NCBI GenBank assembly: GCA_965219095.1 | Contig: CBDCMT010000001.1 | Location: forward strand, 2,176,001 to 2,240,000 | Source: Bdellovibrionales bacterium | GTDB taxonomy: Bacteria > Bdellovibrionota > Bdellovibrionia > Bdellovibrionales > UBA1609 | Length of the DNA stretch: 64,000 nucleotides | Direction of reading: 5' to 3' | In this document: one piece after another, positions 63,096 through 64,000 of the stretch | Layout of the letters: each line of letters opens with the position of its first letter | How positions within the stretch are numbered: position 1 is the first letter of the stretch | Position numbers and translations under genes: made by a program | Notes under the pieces: model-generated | Database searches by the model: none | What the model saw: only the letters and a program-made list of their open reading frames with translations | Told to the model about the DNA's origin: nothing

Positions 63096-64000
63096 ATGAA
63101 TTTGCATGAGTACCAAGCCAAAGCCCTTTTAGCTTCTTACAAAATTGAAGTTTTACCTCATATTGTAGTGTCTTCTGTAGAAGAAGCTTTAGAGAAACGA
63201 TCCCAACTTAGAGAAGGACTTTTAGCGGTGAAAGCACAAGTACATGCAGGAGGTCGCAAAAAAGCTGGAGGGGTTAGACTTGTACACAGTTCAGAGGAAC
63301 TTGTCAGGGAGGTTAAAAACATGCTTCATAAAAGGCTTGTCACTCATCAAACTGATTCGAGAGGACAAAGGGTTAATCAAATCCTTATTGAAGAGGGTTG
63401 CGATATTGAAAAAGAGTATTATTTAGCCTTTCTTCTGGATCGTCGTTTAGGAAGGATATCTTTTCTTGTATCAAGTCAAGGAGGTGTGGACATTGAAGAG
63501 GTCGCAGAAAAACATTCTGAAAAAATTTATAAAACCTATCTTGACCAAAAGTCAGGCTTAACTTTAAAAAAAGCTAAACAACTTTCACAAACTTTAGGTT
63601 TTCCCCAAGAGGTCCAAGATCAAGTAGCGGAAACCTTTGTGAAATTATCAAGAGTTTTTCTTGAAAAAGATTGTTTGCTTTTAGAAGTTAACCCTCTTGT
63701 AATGACAAAGGATAAAAAGATTGTTAGCTTAGACTGTAAGATGTCTATTGATGACAATGCTCTTTTTCGTCATCTTGATTTAGAAAAACAAAGAGATCTG
63801 AGTCAAGAAGATGAAATAGAGGCTTTAGCTCTTCAAAATGCTCTTTCTTTTGTAAAATTGAAAGGAAATATTGGTTGTTTGGTCAATGGTGCAGGCCTTG
63901 CTATGGCCGTTATGGATATGATTCAACTTCATGGAGGAAGTCCTGCTAACTTTTTGGATGTAGGAGGAGGAGCTGAAGAAGAAAAGATTGTAAAGGCTTT
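63096..64000 (+). CDS. sucC: Succinyl-CoA synthetase beta subunit (runs off the window)
   Basis: MNLHEYQAK, VKAQVHAGGR, GNIGCLVNGAGLAMA, PANFLDVGGG. Confidence 0.96.
   Translation, partial: MNLHEYQAKALLASYKIEVLPHIVVSSVEEALEKRSQLREGLLAVKAQVHAGGRKKAGGVRLVHSSEELVREVKNMLHKRLVTHQTDSRGQRVNQILIEEGCDIEKEYYLAFLLDRRLGRISFLVSSQGGVDIEEVAEKHSEKIYKTYLDQKSGLTLKKAKQLSQTLGFPQEVQDQVAETFVKLSRVFLEKDCLLLEVNPLVMTKDKKIVSLDCKMSIDDNALFRHLDLEKQRDLSQEDEIEALALQNALSFVKLKGNIGCLVNGAGLAMAVMDMIQLHGGSPANFLDVGGGAEEEKIVKA

Noticed and set aside
1..64000. Alternative genetic code or stop read-through
   Set aside because: Housekeeping genes are intact under code 11; interruptions are confined to IS elements and pseudogenes

Overview
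AT-rich bacterial chromosome segment, most likely Bdellovibrionota (inferred from the solo LuxR protein, FQNC lipoprotein, CFI-box-CTERM, RCC1 and CPAF-like genes, and xseA-xseB-ispA-tlyA without dxs). Housekeeping blocks (tatA/pepP/tlyA/ispA/xseBA, pssA, ddl-ftsQAZ, dut, queC, mdh-sucC, tRNA-Ser) are interleaved with many insertion sequences (IS630, IS3, IS982, IS1634, IS66, IS5, ISL3, IS256-type ends). Most are nested, decayed or reduced to 38-350 bp miniature elements. Highlights: (1) a 3.1-kb inverted duplication of an acyltransferase + M3 peptidase cassette, where the acyltransferase is identical but the peptidase is a mosaic with a reciprocal His/Tyr swap in the substrate loop; (2) an 82-aa protamine/histone-H1-like gene of five 15-aa repeats; (3) a secreted RCC1-repeat protein with five 19-aa tandem repeats in its last blade; (4) a 158-nt rod-like ncRNA candidate; (5) a CFI-box-CTERM/beta-barrel fusion; (6) a serine-recombinase relic reading into tRNA-Ser. 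No CRISPR array, reverse transcriptase or rRNA was seen. All calls come from motif recognition by eye; no searches were run.
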